From Asterias rubens (taxonomy: Eukaryota): a stretch of DNA of 64,000 nucleotides. Below, one piece after another: positions 60,821-64,000 of this stretch; positions within the stretch are counted from its first letter, which is position 1; each line of letters opens with the position of its first letter. The stretch covers positions 1,488,001 through 1,552,000 of the forward strand of contig NC_047083.1 in NCBI RefSeq assembly GCF_902459465.1. The letters are read 5' to 3'. Below the pieces are notes generated by a model. It was not told the origin of the DNA. It did not search any database and worked only from the letters and a program-made list of their open reading frames with translations. The translations under genes and the position numbers were made by a program.

Positions 60821-63800
60821 ATGGATCCACGCCCGTATGTAAGGTTCGTCTACTCTGCGCTTCTATGTATTTATTGGACTGGTGAGTGTTCACAAACCTT
60901 TTCCTTTGGGGTAATTATCTTACAGTGGTAATCAATGGCTATCTGCGTTTAAAATGTAAGGATGAACGTGCTTTCTCGTCCTTGTCTCATTGAACTTGTT
61001 ACCTAATCACACGTGTAGTTCATTCCGGCTTAGAGACAATTATTCACACGACTCTACCACTATGCAAAGTTTCAAATCCTATTCATGTATGGTGTTACTG
61101 CAAACCTTAATGGATGGTATCTCCACCATGCAGTTTCAAATCCTACTCATGTACATACCACGAACATACTTGGTTGTATCTCCACCATGCAAATTTTCAA
61201 ATCCACTTAGGTGTAGGCCCACGAAGCTCTACTATTATTGTATCTCCACCATGTATAGTTTCGAATCCTACTCGTGTACATGGTGTTTCTGCAATCATTA
61301 ATAGATTGTATCTCCACCATTAGGTGTAGGCCTACGAAGCTCTACTATTATTGTATCCCCACCATGCAAAGTTTCAAATCCTACTCATGTACATGGTGTT
61401 ACTGCAAACTAGATTGTATCTCCACCATGCCAAGTTTCAAATCCTACTAATGTACATGGTGTTACTGCAAACCTTACTAGATTGTATCTCCACCATGCCA
61501 AGTTTCAAATCCTACTAATGTACATGGTGTTACTGCAATCATTAATAGATTGTATCTCCACCATTAGGTGTAGGCCTACGAAGCTCTACTATTATTGTAT
61601 AGTCCACCATGTAAAGTTTCGAATCCACCCATGCATACACTTTCCGTTGTGACCTGTCACTAATCTTGTGAAAATAACAGTTACTCTTAAACCTCAATAT
61701 TTTCGAGAACTTCGTATATTTTTGACTTCGTTTTGTGTTTTATTTAGAACGGATGAGTTCGCCTTTACCGTATGTTAATGGTCTATCTCTGTCCATCACT
61801 TCTAACACCACAACGTTCATCGAGAACCAATCACCTGCTCTGTTCTTCTGTAACGTTTCGGGTCTCAATAGTTTATTTATCTACAGGTGGTTTATTGGTA
61901 GTACAAAAGTGAGCAACGGTAAGTTAGGATCAGGGCAAAGAAGGGCAATATTATTTGGGGAACTGTGGCTTTGTTTGCTTAGATGATATTAGAAGCGCCA
62001 TTAATAAGGGACTAAAAGGGTAGCGACGAGTTCTTAAACGGCCGTTTAAAACCGGCAGGGTCGTGGCCGTGCGATAAAGGCCAAAGCCGAATGTTTAAGA
62101 ACGAGTCACTACTTTTTCATTCCCATTCAGAAATGCCTTTTTGGTTAAAGTTTCAAAACAACAGTTACACATATAAAAAATATATAAACATCTAAAGCTA
62201 TTGAAAACTACTTTTTCGTTTCTTCAATAATTAATATCTTTAAAATATGTCTTTATTACAGGGAATGTTAGCACACTCGTGTATGCTCCGAAAAGACGAG
62301 ACTTTGATGTTCGAATCGAATGCAGCGTCTCTGGAAGCCAAGATAAATCAAAGAACGCTACGTACGGACCGCTGGAAATAAAATGTAAAACTGGACAAAA
62401 GTTATACAAACTGATATTATTAGAATACACAGAAATATAAAATTGTAGTTAAAACTAAACCAACAGGGCCCTATTTCATAAAGCCTTTAATAAGCACACA
62501 AATTTGCTAAGCACAGAAAAAGTATTGCTTATCAGCAACAGGTTACCAGCCAAAATTACATTCAGTTTACATTGATGTGACTGGTGCCCCCCTCAATTTT
62601 TGCTAAGCAAGGAAATTTGTCAAGCGTTATCTGCTTTTAATTGAAATCAGGGCCCTTTAAATTTCAATTAAAATAATTTTACATATACTTTGTTTGTATT
62701 TCCTTTGCATCTTTATTAAAGATCCTCCGTCTTCCACTCGTATTTGCGCGATGCAAGAAGGCGACTGCGTCGACAGTCCCGCACCGATTCCACCAGGAGA
62801 CTCCTTGACCGTCATTTGCACGGCCCTGGATTCAAATCCTGAAAGTCACGTGGACCTGCAGGTCAAGGGTCAACGAGATGGTTACAAGGTGTTGCACGAC
62901 GGGAACGTAACACTAGTAGAACGTAGTGATCAGACGAAGTATGGGTGGAACACCGAGGCCTCCGTAGAAATACAGCCGGAGTGCGGACCGTGTGTTGTTG
63001 TCGTCGAATGTCACGTGATGTTTCTTGAGAATATCAGCTACAGGGAGGAACAACTTTGCATACATGTTCAACAAAAACAAACAGGTGCACATAAAGAACA
63101 GATTAATTTGTTGGGTCTGTGCTATAAGGTCAATTTGAAAAGATAGATAAAATGTTGAATGCTTTGCTTACAAAATGAATGGTTTTTTTTATCAATAAAT
63201 TAACGCTTTGACAATGTTTTTTTTTATACCTATAAATAAAACACAATGACTGAGACGAATCGAATCATTGCAAGACAACGAAACTGAACGCACTGACAGA
63301 AAAACAAAAACCTTTTGAGTGGACTAGGGGAATTTAAATGAATTTGAATGCGTGTTAGTTAAAGCCATTGGAAATTTTCGGTAAACAGTATTTTCCAAAG
63401 GCACACACTTCGTGTTTCACAACTTATATATAAAATAACAAACCTGTGAAAATTAAGGCTCAATTGGTCATCGGAGTCGGGAGAAAATAACGGGAAAACC
63501 CACCCTTGTTTCCGCACGTTTCGCCGTGTCATGACATGTGTTTACAATAATTCCGTAATTCTCGATATCGAGAATTGATAATTGTTTTAATGTTTTCTCA
63601 AAAAGTAAAGCGTTTCATGGAATAATATTTCAAGAGAAGTCTTTCACCATTACCTTCTGTAATCCCTGTAAGTTATTTGTAAATCTGTTCCGAAAGTGTC
63701 CAATGGCTTTAATTAGAATGAAATCGTTGAAATTGGACGGGGAAATCTATAAATATTATTATTTTTTATATTCTACAGTTTTACCCACTAGAGATCCCAA

Positions 63801-63990
63801 AGAGTCACCAGTTATATCATGGATAACACCAACCATCTCTTCATGTAGTGCACTTGTCGTAGTCTTTGTTGTTGTTTTCTTGTGGTGTATCATTGCAAAG
63901 AGAAGAAGAAGAAGAGATGAACACCGAGTGACGAAACGTCAAACTGTAGACATGAGGCTGTCAACTGACATGATTTCTACCCCACAAAGG
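60821..63990 (+). CDS. Gene E (partial): signal peptide-Ig-Ig-TM receptor, probably a third RTK continuing past the window
   Basis: Exons 60821-60881, 61748-61918, 62262-62384, 62722-63084, 63779-63990 (930 nt, open). TM ALVVVFVVVFLWCII followed by AKRRRRR. The 61-nt signal exon and phase-0 intron after the TM exon match genes B/D, not A/C. Kinase not visible. Confidence 0.8.
61056..61630 (+). repeat. Second, more degenerate array of the same 68-bp minisatellite in intron 1 of gene E
   Basis: Repeated ttgtatctccaccatgcaaagtttcaaatcctactcatgtacatggtgttactgcaa, interleaved with a variant unit containing taggtgtaggcctacgaagctctact. Confidence 0.9.
63359..63712 (-). mobile_element. MITE family 4 copy (partials at about 3940-4174 and 19082-19174)
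   Basis: ttaaagccattgg ... ccgaaagtgtccaatggctttaa; body is the reverse complement of 48205-48579. Confidence 0.85.
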
Positions 63991-64000
63991 GTAATTTACT

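Overview
AT-rich, intron-rich animal genomic DNA. The repeat landscape suggests an echinoderm such as a sea star, but that is an inference. By tracing GT-AG exons and intron phases by hand I reconstructed a cluster of single-pass Ig-superfamily receptor genes that diverge away from a central SLC16/MCT-like MFS transporter gene (27814-31394, +). Left arm (minus strand): gene A (24006-19262; signal peptide, 2 Ig, TM, cytoplasmic NHL-like beta-propeller), gene B (16393-4942; 2-Ig receptor tyrosine kinase), and an orphan first coding exon Z (1815-1617; signal peptide, propeptide, RRRKKR). Right arm (plus strand): gene D (32445-45600; 2-Ig RTK), gene C (50703-57434; signal peptide, Cys-rich propeptide, RKKR, 3 Ig, TM, cytoplasmic NHL-like propeller), and gene E (60821 to beyond 63990; 2 Ig, TM, probably a third RTK that runs off the window). 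The main observation is that the two long 'orphan' ORFs at 19262-20044 and 56610-57434 are not stand-alone genes. They splice in frame onto Ig-TM genes, giving an Ig-receptor architecture with an intracellular beta-propeller in place of a kinase, and these genes alternate with Ig-RTK genes. Non-coding DNA is dense with TTAA-flanked MITEs (one carries a THAP remnant, Kolobok-like), tRNA-derived SINEs, L2 LINE 3' ends, hammerhead-like motifs and 68-bp minisatellites. Region 36260-43570 is a near-identical duplication bounded by N gaps and is probably two alleles assembled in tandem. All gene models are manual and have no transcript support.
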